Source: a virus
Lineage: Duplodnaviria; Caudoviricetes
DNA length: 32,645 nucleotides
Strand: one strand, 5' to 3'
IMG/VR virus record: IMGVR_UViG_3300012667_000749
Location: 1-32,645 of that record
Position numbers and translations under genes: made by a program. Each line of letters begins with the position of its first letter. Position 1 is the first letter of the stretch. Shown piece by piece: positions 1 through 8,268 of the stretch. The notes beneath the pieces are model-generated. The model worked only from the letters and a program-made list of their open reading frames with translations, was not told the origin of the DNA and ran no database searches.

Positions 1-55
1 AATGAAAAACTCCAAGCTGAAAACAAAAAGCTAATCAACGGCTCACGAATGAAAC
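1..55. repeat. Terminal 55-bp direct repeat, left copy (likely assembly overlap of a circular contig)
   Basis: Identical to 32591-32645; an ORF reads in frame across the junction. Confidence 0.95.
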
Positions 56-267
56 AAATGAATGATAGAACTGAAGATTTGATAAATGAAAACAAAAAGC
101 TACGTGAAGCTTTAGAAATGGCAATAGATTCGGCATCTTTTTTTCAAAAGTTTGCGGATTGTAATAAAGATTCATGGTCTTGTAGGTGTGAATTTTGTCG
201 AGATACAAGCAAAACAAAAAAATTAGTAATAGCAAGAGAAGCACTAAAAGAAGTAGGTAATGAATGA
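1..267 (+). CDS. 3' part of a junction-spanning hypothetical coiled-coil protein (32315..32590 + 1..267, 180 aa)
   Basis: The frame is open from ATG 32315 through the junction into the 49..267 ORF; it contains two ENKKL repeats and a CxCxxC motif. Confidence 0.85.
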   Translation, partial: NEKLQAENKKLINGSRMKQMNDRTEDLINENKKLREALEMAIDSASFFQKFADCNKDSWSCRCEFCRDTSKTKKLVIAREALKEVGNE

Positions 268-497
268 GCTGCGAAACTTGCTCCGAGTTAGAGACATATA
301 AGATAACTTGCATAAGCTGCGATATTAAAGCTAGCGATAAGAAGGCCTGGGATAGCTTACCAGTAAGCGAGAAGGTAGTGGCTATAGCTTATAAGCGCCT
401 AATCCTATCTGATAGAAAGCCAGACATAAATTTAATTAACGCGGTTAGTAATATCTACGATAAGTACCCAGCTTTTCATATAGGGATAGTACCTTAG
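264..497 (+). CDS. Hypothetical protein with two CxxC motifs (possible Zn binding)
   Basis: CETC and CISC motifs; ATGA overlap with the upstream gene. Confidence 0.7.
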   Translation: MSCETCSELETYKITCISCDIKASDKKAWDSLPVSEKVVAIAYKRLILSDRKPDINLINAVSNIYDKYPAFHIGIVP

Positions 498-518
498 TCG
501 GGTAATATTATTTAACCA

Positions 519-561
519 TATCTGGTCTTAACTGATACCATTAAGTCAGGAGGGCCAGATA
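519..561 (+). promoter_or_regulatory. Hairpin occluding the SD of gene 562, with an extended -10-like TGATACCAT inside it
   Basis: TATCTGG (519-525) pairs with CCAGATA (555-561); the SD AGGAGGG (548-554) is in the 3' arm; TG-A-TACCAT at 533-541. Confidence 0.5.
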
Positions 562-864
562 ATGCCTAAGCACGTTACGATATTCGGTAGAAAAATACCC
601 ATTAAATTATGCTCTAAAGAGCAGCTGGATATGATCTTTAAAGATGCAGCTGGTATATGGGATCCAGTGACCAGGACTATCTATATAGACTCCAGCGCTC
701 CTAAGAAGACTCAGCTGTACTGGCTTTATCATGAGATGGGCCATGCTACTAAGACTTTCGTGGGACTAGATCAGATCCTAGCTCCAGAGCTTCAGGAGAT
801 CATAGTGCAGTCTTTCGCTACTCTAATAGAAGATATCGTAAACCAGAAAGGATCTTTTAAGTAA
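562..864 (+). CDS. ImmA/IrrE-like small zinc metallopeptidase
   Basis: G-x-W...TIYID strand followed by HEMGH (HExxH) and a downstream Glu; strong SD. Confidence 0.7.
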   Translation: MPKHVTIFGRKIPIKLCSKEQLDMIFKDAAGIWDPVTRTIYIDSSAPKKTQLYWLYHEMGHATKTFVGLDQILAPELQEIIVQSFATLIEDIVNQKGSFK

Positions 865-1106
865 TGGGAGATCTATTAGACTTCCCTACTTCCTATCTTC
901 CCACTATCCAGGAATACGAGAGGCTAGATAATATCCAGAAGCAGATAGCAGGCTGGAGAGCAGAGCTAGTTAATCAATGGAATATGAAACATTTTAATGC
1001 AGGGGAAAGATACTTGTCTAAGCTCCGCTTTCATCATGGAGTAAGGGATCAATGGAAGATCTACCCAGGCTTTAAGCTCGAACTAATGAAGCAGAAGCTA
1101 TCTTAA
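864..1106 (+). CDS. Hypothetical protein
   Basis: 80-aa ORF coupled to the upstream gene by a TAATG overlap. Confidence 0.65.
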   Translation: MGDLLDFPTSYLPTIQEYERLDNIQKQIAGWRAELVNQWNMKHFNAGERYLSKLRFHHGVRDQWKIYPGFKLELMKQKLS

Positions 1107-1110
1107 TTTC

Positions 1111-1192
1111 TTGACGTACTACCATGGTACTAAGTTAATCTATAGAAAAATAGGCTCGAAGGAGTCTTAACCTTTAAAGCGAAGGCTTAAAG
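1111..1192 (+). promoter_or_regulatory. Putative promoter/leader cassette A: TTGACG, palindrome TACCATGGTA and two C(GAAG)G hairpins
   Basis: TTGACG 1111-1116; palindrome 1120-1129; hairpins AGGCTC-GAAG-GAGTCT (1152-1167) and CTTTAAAGC-GAAG-GCTTAAAG (1172-1192). Confidence 0.6.
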
Positions 1193-1381
1193 ATGAAAAG
1201 CAATGTATCAGAGCTAGGCGTATGCCAAGCTATCCTATCCTCCATTAATACACGAGTAGACGGCTCAGTAACCATAAAGCTAGAAATTAATCCAGAAGAT
1301 CAAGCGTTAGTTAATAAGCTAATGAGCGCATACCTTAATGATGAAAAGCTTTTAACCGTAGCTTTCGTTAAGGGCGATTAA
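1193..1381 (+). CDS. Hypothetical protein (small, beta-rich)
   Basis: 62-aa ORF, first gene after cassette A, coupled to the next gene. Confidence 0.7.
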   Translation: MKSNVSELGVCQAILSSINTRVDGSVTIKLEINPEDQALVNKLMSAYLNDEKLLTVAFVKGD

Positions 1382-1584
1382 TGCTAAGTAATACCTGGCA
1401 CGTACCGGAGAATAGTACTTATCTTGAGATCGTAAAGATTAGATATCATGGTAAAGATTATTTTAAGGCTGACGTAAGGTACTTTACTAAAGCTTCTGGG
1501 ATGTTAATAGCAGAAGAAAAGAGCGTTAAGATCTATTATAAGGTGACAAAATTTTGGGAGATATGGAATGGAAAAACAAACTAA
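1381..1584 (+). CDS. Hypothetical protein
   Basis: 67-aa ORF overlapping both neighbours. Confidence 0.65.
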   Translation: MLSNTWHVPENSTYLEIVKIRYHGKDYFKADVRYFTKASGMLIAEEKSVKIYYKVTKFWEIWNGKTN

Positions 1585-2026
1585 GAAGCTAAAAGTACCT
1601 AAGAGAGCGCCTCGACCTGGAGAAGGAGCTAAGTCTAAATATGATCCAGCTTACTGCGAAGAGATGCTTAATTACTTTAATCGAGGTCTTTATAAAGAGA
1701 CTAAGACTTTTAATAAAAAAGAGCTAAACGATCTACCTACTTTCCAATATTACTCTGCAGTAGTTAGAGGCATTACTCATCAGACTCTATTAAACTGGGC
1801 ATCAGATCATAAAGAATTTGGAGAAGTTTATAACAAGTGTAAGAAGATCCAGGAGAATATCCTAGTACAGGGAGGGATCTCTAGAGCTTATGATCCTGGG
1901 TTTGTTAAATTTATTCTTAACTCTGTATCTGATACCTTTAAAGAGAAGGTAGAGCATACTGTAGACGATAACGCTAAGAACTTAATTAAGCTTGCCTATA
2001 GTCTGCCAGATAAAAAAGAAAGCTAA
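1568..2026 (+). CDS. terS: Terminase small subunit
   Basis: Immediately upstream of terL; G-x-x-SKYDP-x-YC start and HTH-like 'RGITHQTLLNWASDHKEF' typical of small terminases. Confidence 0.8.
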   Translation: MEKQTKKLKVPKRAPRPGEGAKSKYDPAYCEEMLNYFNRGLYKETKTFNKKELNDLPTFQYYSAVVRGITHQTLLNWASDHKEFGEVYNKCKKIQENILVQGGISRAYDPGFVKFILNSVSDTFKEKVEHTVDDNAKNLIKLAYSLPDKKES

Positions 2027-2029
2027 TAA

Positions 2030-3403
2030 GTGCTAAGTGGTGACGTTAAGGTAGCAAGCGCAGTACCGACTATCTCGGAGTTCGATCCGAAAAAGGTACC
2101 ATATCAGTTAGAAGTAATAAGCCTAATCAGACAGGACTATAACTATAACCTGGGGCCTTTAGAGGTCCTTTTAAGTGGTAGCGTAGGATCTGCTAAGTCA
2201 CTTCTCCTAGCTCATATCGTAGCTACTCACGTAATACTCTACCCAGGAGCTGGGGTACTGGTAGGAAGAAGAGTTCATAAGGATATGAAAAATACTATAT
2301 GGGCCATGATCCTTAAGCATTACCCAGATCTTAAGCAATACTGGAATAAATCAGATACCACTATAAGACTTCCTAACGGATCCATTATCTACGGAGTATC
2401 CTGGGATAAAGGGGATTACGATAAGTTTAGATCGTATGAGCTAAGCCTAGCAGTCATAGAAGAGTTAACAGAAAACGATACTATGGATATGGTAACAGAG
2501 ATACGCATGAGATTAGGGCGAGCTCAAGGGGTAAAAGAGAATCTACTTATCTGCGCTACTAACCCAGACTCTCCTAGTCACCCTGCCTATGAGTACTTCA
2601 TAGAAGGAGCCTCTGAGTCCAGGAGAGTATTTTACTCTAAGACAGAAGATAATCCCTTCCTTCCTAAGTGGTATATCGAAAGCCTAAGAAAGACGCTAGA
2701 TCATAAGCAGGCGCTCAGGATGCTCCAGGGCCAATGGATCGAGATTAATAAAGACAACGTCTACTATGCCTACGAAGATGTTAATAACTACAGAGATTAC
2801 GTCTACAAGTGGGACCTATCGAAGCCTCTAGATCTATTCCTGGACTTTAACAATAGTAAGAGCGGTAAGCCTATGAGTATAGGCGCTGGGCAGTTTATTA
2901 ATGGGCAGTACCATATCGGAAAGACTTGGATTATCGGAGGCATGAGGACGCTAGATATAATGGACGAAGTGGCTAACGATGGGTACCTAGATATGGGCTT
3001 TCCTATGGTCCGCTTCTTCGGAGATGCTTCAGGCAGGCATGGCGATACTAGAGCTAATAAGCCAGACTGGGACCTAATCGAGAATTTTATAGCTAACTAC
3101 AGACCTAAGCATAGAGCTTACTTGGACTATGAGATAGAAGTGCCAGCAGCTAACCCAGCTATTAAGGCAAGGCATAACCTAGTTAATGGTCTATGCAGAA
3201 ACGATCTGGAGCAGTCTAATCTATTCATCTATAAAGAAGCTAAGGATCTAGGTAAAGGTCTAAGGCTAACTCAGTTAAAAGAAAATGCAAGACTAATAGA
3301 AGACGACTCACTAAGAGAGCAGCATATAACTACTGCGCTAGGATATTACTGTTATCGTAACGATCTAATTACTAGGGATATTCAAGCTCTAGTCATATCG
3401 TAG
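2030..3403 (+). CDS. terL: Terminase large subunit
   Basis: Walker A-like GSVGSAKS, Walker B AVIEE, coupling motif ATNP, DNPFLP...Y, and RNase H-like nuclease acidic motifs (FLDFN, GDASG). Confidence 0.93.
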   Translation: MLSGDVKVASAVPTISEFDPKKVPYQLEVISLIRQDYNYNLGPLEVLLSGSVGSAKSLLLAHIVATHVILYPGAGVLVGRRVHKDMKNTIWAMILKHYPDLKQYWNKSDTTIRLPNGSIIYGVSWDKGDYDKFRSYELSLAVIEELTENDTMDMVTEIRMRLGRAQGVKENLLICATNPDSPSHPAYEYFIEGASESRRVFYSKTEDNPFLPKWYIESLRKTLDHKQALRMLQGQWIEINKDNVYYAYEDVNNYRDYVYKWDLSKPLDLFLDFNNSKSGKPMSIGAGQFINGQYHIGKTWIIGGMRTLDIMDEVANDGYLDMGFPMVRFFGDASGRHGDTRANKPDWDLIENFIANYRPKHRAYLDYEIEVPAANPAIKARHNLVNGLCRNDLEQSNLFIYKEAKDLGKGLRLTQLKENARLIEDDSLREQHITTALGYYCYRNDLITRDIQALVIS

Positions 3404-3408
3404 GTTAA

Positions 3409-3418
3409 TGAATACCAT
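3409..3418 (+). promoter_or_regulatory. TGAATACCAT promoter-like motif upstream of the portal gene
   Basis: Identical 10-mer on the - strand at 24444-24453; variant at 14307-14316. Confidence 0.45.
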
Positions 3419-3443
3419 AAAATAGAACTATAGGAGCCATAAA

Positions 3444-5093
3444 ATGAAAGACTTTATCTTAACCCCAGACTTTATTCAGAGCATTATCCAGGAGATCGAA
3501 AGCGGAGAAAATCTTCGCAGGAAGAGAATAGCCTGGGATAGTGAACAGATCAGAACTGGGAACTTGAAGCCTTTCGTAGAAGAGCGGATCAAGCAGATGT
3601 ATCCTAAGACCTGGTCTATGTATTCAGTAACGGATTATTCTATCCTTAATAAGATCGTTAATAAGAAGTCTAAAGCTTACAAAGAAGCTCCTATTAGAAA
3701 GGTTATCGGAGATGAAGCAGCTACCGAGATCTATCATAATATCGTTAGCGAGTACGGACTTAATAACGCCATGAGAGAGTTAGATATTCAATTTAATCAG
3801 TATAAGCATGGCCTAGTAGCTTGCTTTATGGATAGAGAGTATGAGTCTAACTCGGCTACTACCCAGCTCTATTGGAAGTTTTATAGCCTTGCTCCTTATG
3901 AGTATGACGTAGTAAAGAACGATGACGGAGAAGTTAAGGTAGTAATTTTATCTTACCCAGATCAGAGCGTTAGCTCAGGACTAGGATCGGACGGATATAA
4001 CTCTCTAATTGCAGAAGATGGGAATAACGATGAGACTAAAAGGGAGCGCTTCTATAGCTTCTGGACGGATGCACAACATATTATGATTAAGGTAACTGGT
4101 AACAAGGGAAGCGATAAGCTTCATATCCAGTATGAGCCTATCGAAGGTAACGAAGACGGAGTTAATCCTTATGGGATCCTACCTTTCGTCTACGTACCTA
4201 TGAACTACTCAAAGAACTACCCTACTCCTTCTCCTCTGCCTATGCAGACTGTAGAGCTTAACGCCTTAATGAGCGTTTATTTAACAAGTGCTAATATGCA
4301 AGTAGGGGTACTTAAGATCTCTAGACCAGAGAAGCAGAAGATCAATATCGCTTCTCACTCTCTGTATACTGCTATCGAGGCTCCTCAGTCTTCTAGACCA
4401 GAAGATAAGCCTACGGACGTTAGCTTTATCTCTCCTACGCCTAATATGACAGGACATAAAGAAGCCATTAGCACTTACCTAGCTACTATCCTAGATGAGC
4501 ATGGTATCTCTGGATCCCAGGTATTATCTGGAGGAGTAGAAACTTTTAGTTCGGGCTTTGATCGTTTACTCTCCCAGTCGGACGTCCAGGGCATAATAGA
4601 GGATAACCAGGAGATCTACTCAGAAGTAGAGCATGAGATCTATGAGATCGTGGCTGCTCAGCTAGCTACTCAGGGGCAGGCAGTACTTCCTTACGATGCT
4701 CTTAGAGTTATTTATAGAAAGCCTAAAGTTATGATTAGCGATAAAGAAAAGCTCGAAAATCTTAAGACTATGAAAGATCTGGGACTATGGCCAGATTACG
4801 AGTTAGTCCAAATGTACGATCCTAACTTAAGCGAGCAGGACGCTAAGGATAAGCTCCTAGCTATCCAACAATCTAAAATGGATCTTGCTTCTATGTTTAC
4901 GGATCCTACTAAAGTATTCAATGGCGCACAGGTAGCAGCTATCGTAGACGTATCTACTAAGGTAGGACTAGGGCAACTTACTTATGATGCTGGGGTTAAT
5001 ATCCTCATTACTTCATTCGGTATTCCAGAAGACCAGGCAAGGCTTATGGTCTCTGAGCAGGGTAGCGTAGAGCCTTCTACTAAAGGCTTCTAA
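3444..5093 (+). CDS. Portal protein (SPP1 gp6-like) with a C-terminal extension
   Basis: Position after terL, 549 aa, 'NPYGILPFVYV' motif typical of SPP1-type portals. Confidence 0.88.
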   Translation: MKDFILTPDFIQSIIQEIESGENLRRKRIAWDSEQIRTGNLKPFVEERIKQMYPKTWSMYSVTDYSILNKIVNKKSKAYKEAPIRKVIGDEAATEIYHNIVSEYGLNNAMRELDIQFNQYKHGLVACFMDREYESNSATTQLYWKFYSLAPYEYDVVKNDDGEVKVVILSYPDQSVSSGLGSDGYNSLIAEDGNNDETKRERFYSFWTDAQHIMIKVTGNKGSDKLHIQYEPIEGNEDGVNPYGILPFVYVPMNYSKNYPTPSPLPMQTVELNALMSVYLTSANMQVGVLKISRPEKQKINIASHSLYTAIEAPQSSRPEDKPTDVSFISPTPNMTGHKEAISTYLATILDEHGISGSQVLSGGVETFSSGFDRLLSQSDVQGIIEDNQEIYSEVEHEIYEIVAAQLATQGQAVLPYDALRVIYRKPKVMISDKEKLENLKTMKDLGLWPDYELVQMYDPNLSEQDAKDKLLAIQQSKMDLASMFTDPTKVFNGAQVAAIVDVSTKVGLGQLTYDAGVNILITSFGIPEDQARLMVSEQGSVEPSTKGF

Positions 5094-5545
5094 TGATCTC
5101 TAAGGAAGAGACTAGCTTTATCTTCGAGATCCCTAATATTGATCAGGTACCTTCTAATCTTAGGAGTGATCTGGTTAATGAAGTAGGGGACTATTTAGTA
5201 CAGTCTATACTGGACTACGTAGGAGAAGCTAAGAGTCCAGTAGCAGGAGGCAAGTATAAAGCTACCCTTAACGAAGACTATGCTAACTCTATGAAGAACG
5301 GAGACAGACTAGCTAACCTGGACCTTAACGGAGATATGCTTAATGCTCTTACCTTTAAGACTAACGCTGCTACTGGAAAGGTTACAGTAGGTATCTTCGA
5401 CGATGAGCAGGCCATTAAGAGTTATAACCATAATAAGGGAGATACCCTACCTAAAAGGCAATTTATCCCAGATGAGGACCAGTTGCTACAAGCGGAGATT
5501 ATCAGAGGGGTAAAGCGGATCTTAGAAGGTTATCTAGAGGACTAA
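5093..5545 (+). CDS. Virion morphogenesis protein (Mu gpG-like), paralog 1
   Basis: NLDLNGDMLNAL...HNKGDTLPKRQFIP matches the L-x-x-x-G-x-M/L...H-x-x-G...P-x-R-x-F pattern. Confidence 0.65.
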   Translation: MISKEETSFIFEIPNIDQVPSNLRSDLVNEVGDYLVQSILDYVGEAKSPVAGGKYKATLNEDYANSMKNGDRLANLDLNGDMLNALTFKTNAATGKVTVGIFDDEQAIKSYNHNKGDTLPKRQFIPDEDQLLQAEIIRGVKRILEGYLED

Positions 5546-6228
5546 TGGCAATTAATAAAAACGGATTAAGACCAGGACAGATAGAGAAGATCATTAAAGA
5601 TAATATCGGGGATATTAATAAAGCTTTCCGCAAAGAGATTAAGCAGATCGATATAGTAAGTATTATCCTGGACCTAATTAATAAGGGTATAAGTCCAGTT
5701 ATGGGGGCAGCTGCTAGGTTTAAAAGTTATAGCGTTAATTACGTTAAGCAGATCAAGGGGCAGATAGCTTTCTGGACTAATCCTAACGGATCGATCGGAT
5801 CCCTGGAGCCTCTAAAGAATAAAGAGCTGGGAGCTTATAGAGCTTCAGCAGAGGCGAGAAAGCAAAACAAAGAAAATCAAAAATGGGTTAAGGAAAGGTC
5901 CGAGAATCAATTTAATGGGAAGAAGGTAAGTCCAGTTAATCTTAAAGTCTCTGGAGAGATGCAGAAGGGATTAAGTTATAACGAGAAGACTGGAGAGTTA
6001 ACTGCCTTTTCAGATGTTGACGGAGAAAATCTCTGGAATATTCATAACGACGGGGTACCAGAAAAGAATATCCCTGAGCGTAGGCTATTGCCTAATCGAC
6101 CAGGAGAAAGGTTTAATAGAAGGATAGACCAGAAGATAACAGAAGCATTGCTTAAAGCTCTTAAGCTGGATCCTAGATCTAAGAGCAAGTTAAAGAAGTT
6201 TGCTTCGGTTAAGTTTAACATTAAGTAG
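5545..6228 (+). CDS. Virion morphogenesis protein, paralog 2
   Basis: NLKVSGEMQKGL...HNDG...IPERRLLP, the same pattern as the upstream gene. Confidence 0.62.
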   Translation: MAINKNGLRPGQIEKIIKDNIGDINKAFRKEIKQIDIVSIILDLINKGISPVMGAAARFKSYSVNYVKQIKGQIAFWTNPNGSIGSLEPLKNKELGAYRASAEARKQNKENQKWVKERSENQFNGKKVSPVNLKVSGEMQKGLSYNEKTGELTAFSDVDGENLWNIHNDGVPEKNIPERRLLPNRPGERFNRRIDQKITEALLKALKLDPRSKSKLKKFASVKFNIK

Positions 6229-6233
6229 GAAGT

Positions 6234-6314
6234 TTGACATATCGCACTTAAGCGATATTAAATAATAGGAGTAGGTTTATGAGCGAAGGCTCTAATGCTA
6301 TTGGCGAAGGCCAA
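6234..6314 (+). promoter_or_regulatory. Putative promoter/leader cassette B: TTGACA, inverted repeat and two C(GAAG)G hairpins
   Basis: TTGACA 6234-6239; ATATCGC-n6-GCGATAT 6239-6258; GAGC-GAAG-GCTC 6281-6292; TTGGC-GAAG-GCCAA 6301-6314. Confidence 0.62.
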
Positions 6315-6866
6315 AACGCTGACAAGACTAATCACGAACATTTAGACGCAGAGAAAGCTGCTGTAATTAATCAGAGACTGCTAAAAGAGTCCCAGGAGTA
6401 CAAGGAAAAGTACAAGAGGGCATTAGCGGAGAAAGATGAATTAGAGACTAAAAAGCTTCAGGAGTCTGGAGATATCGCTGCCCAGTTAGAAGCGGAAAAA
6501 AGAAAGTCCGCTGCTGCTATGCAGGAGTTAGGAAAGACTAAGAAGAAAGTAATTTCTCAAGTGGTTAAGGATAAGTTAACCAAGTTTGCTGGGGACGTCC
6601 ATAATATCGACGATCTTCTAAGCAGACCTAAGCTTAAAGACTTTCTAAAAGACGGATTAGACGAAGATAACCTGGACTTTAACGATGAAGTAGCTAAGCG
6701 ATACGTCGAAGAAGTTAAAAAAGAAGCTCCTTATATTTGGAAGGCGCAAGGTCCCATGGGGGCAGTAACTTCTAGACCTGGATCTACTGGCAATACTGCT
6801 TCAGTAGATACGTCTAAGATGAGCGCAGCAGAGTTAAAAGCTTATATAGCTAGTACTTTTAAATAG
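6279..6866 (+). CDS. Capsid scaffolding protein
   Basis: Charged coiled-coil directly before the major capsid gene, with a low-complexity linker and a short C-terminal helix (MSAAEL). Confidence 0.8.
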   Translation: MSEGSNAIGEGQNADKTNHEHLDAEKAAVINQRLLKESQEYKEKYKRALAEKDELETKKLQESGDIAAQLEAEKRKSAAAMQELGKTKKKVISQVVKDKLTKFAGDVHNIDDLLSRPKLKDFLKDGLDEDNLDFNDEVAKRYVEEVKKEAPYIWKAQGPMGAVTSRPGSTGNTASVDTSKMSAAELKAYIASTFK

Positions 6867-6901
6867 TTTTATTAATAAATTACTCTTAGGAGGGTAAAAA
6901 A

Positions 6902-7753
6902 ATGGACGCAATTATTGGCAACTCACAGGTTGCAGCAACAAAGATGGCGCTAATCACAGACATGGCTCAGAAGGAACTTCTAGCTAAAGCAGTTTTCGCT
7001 AACTACTTTACTAACGTATCTCAGTTTGCAGTTAAAGGAATGAAGTCTATTTCTTTCCCTAAGCTTTCTGCTTTCACAGTACAGGAAAGATCTTCAGGCG
7101 GAACTATCGACGCTCAGGCTATCACTTCTACAGTAGATACGCTCTTACTTTCCGTCCCGGCCGCGGTAAAATGGATCATTGATCCTAACGATTCTATCCA
7201 ATCTACTCTTAACTGGGAGCTTGAGCTAATTTCTAAAGCGGCCGCTTCACATGGCAGATATTTTGACCAAAAAGTTAGAGCTTCTGTACTTGCAGACGCT
7301 CCAGAAGTTTCTGCTACTGGTAACATTACTCGTGACCTAGTACTAGAAATGAGAGAATACCTTAAGAAGAACGAAGCAGATATGGCAGCAGTAGCTCTCT
7401 TTATCTCTCCTGCTCAGGAGACTGCTCTTCTTAAGATCGAAGAGTTCTCTTCTAACCAAGTTTATGGCGCTCCAGTAAATTTAACTGGATCTATCGGTAA
7501 GGTATTCGGCGTAGACGTAGTAGTCTGTAATGCACTTGAAGACGGAGAGTACTTCATGGCAGAGAAAGGCGCTATTGCTTATGGCTTCCAGCGTGAGCCT
7601 GCTTATGGCGAGCAAGATGATATCGATCATGGCGTAGGCGCTAAGAAGCGTGGTCTTGATTCTCTTTACGGAGTTAAGTCTCTCCAGATCGGTATGGGCA
7701 ATGCTGCTCCTACTAAGTCTGCTCTTATGATTAAGTTTAAAGCTGTAGTTTAA
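6902..7753 (+). CDS. Major capsid protein (HK97 fold)
   Basis: Follows the scaffold gene; strong SD AGGAGGG; 'ISFPKL', 'GSIGKVFGVDVVVCN' and 'LYGVK' motifs; followed by a terminator. Confidence 0.88.
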   Translation: MDAIIGNSQVAATKMALITDMAQKELLAKAVFANYFTNVSQFAVKGMKSISFPKLSAFTVQERSSGGTIDAQAITSTVDTLLLSVPAAVKWIIDPNDSIQSTLNWELELISKAAASHGRYFDQKVRASVLADAPEVSATGNITRDLVLEMREYLKKNEADMAAVALFISPAQETALLKIEEFSSNQVYGAPVNLTGSIGKVFGVDVVVCNALEDGEYFMAEKGAIAYGFQREPAYGEQDDIDHGVGAKKRGLDSLYGVKSLQIGMGNAAPTKSALMIKFKAVV

Positions 7754-7762
7754 TTGCTTTAT

Positions 7763-7794
7763 GCCTCCAGGCTAACCCCTGGGGGCTTTCTTTT
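7763..7794 (+). terminator. Intrinsic terminator after the major capsid gene
   Basis: GCCTCCAGG-ctaacc-CCTGGGGGC followed by TTTCTTTT. Confidence 0.8.
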
Positions 7795-7805
7795 ACAGGG
7801 TAAAG

Positions 7806-8036
7806 ATGGATCAATTATTTCCAAACTACGTAGAGGCTTCTAGCGCTAAAGAGCTTCGCTCTAAGATGAGTGTAGTAAGTCTTCAGAGAGGAGGTACTGT
7901 TAACTTCTTCTCGATTTATTTTGATGTTACTTCTAAAAAGCATATTGCCTGGTACCATGATAAGGCAGAGAATATTATGGCGCAGGAATATAATGCTCTA
8001 AAGGATAGTACCGATGCAGGCAGATCTAAAAAGTAG
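7806..8036 (+). CDS. Hypothetical protein (structural region)
   Basis: 76-aa ORF in the late operon. Confidence 0.65.
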   Translation: MDQLFPNYVEASSAKELRSKMSVVSLQRGGTVNFFSIYFDVTSKKHIAWYHDKAENIMAQEYNALKDSTDAGRSKK

Positions 8037-8268
8037 AGAGCATGATAAGTTCCGAGAGGCTACAAGTGGAAAGACTAAAGTAGCAGTAACTCAGGAAGGG
8101 GATAGTGGACTACTCGAAGGCATTAGCTACGACGATATCCAGGCAGTATTCCCAAGCGATACAATAACAAACTACAACTATTATAAAGACTCAGTACTTC
8201 AGGCCACTGTAGAAGTTACCTTTACAGACTCGGCCCATAACGAAGTACTAAGAGTTAGAAAAATATGA
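8014..8268 (+). CDS. Hypothetical virion-associated protein
   Basis: 84-aa beta-rich ORF overlapping its neighbours. Confidence 0.65.
   Translation: MQADLKSREHDKFREATSGKTKVAVTQEGDSGLLEGISYDDIQAVFPSDTITNYNYYKDSVLQATVEVTFTDSAHNEVLRVRKI

Noticed and set aside
1-55. Terminal repeat as a biological direct terminal repeat or att site
   Set aside because: It is exactly 55 bp (a common assembler k-mer) and falls mid-gene; better explained as circular overlap.
35-313. Minus-strand 92-aa ORF
   Set aside because: Antisense to coupled + strand genes; Leu/Phe-rich shadow of A-rich codons.
562-864. ImmA/ImmR-type lysogeny switch with the XRE gene at 31812
   Set aside because: The genes are not adjacent, no integrase is present, and such small HExxH proteins are common in lytic phages.
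7155-7246. GC-rich patches CCCGGCCGCGG and GCGGCCGC in the capsid gene
   Set aside because: Explained by Pro/Ala codons; only two instances and no shared structure.
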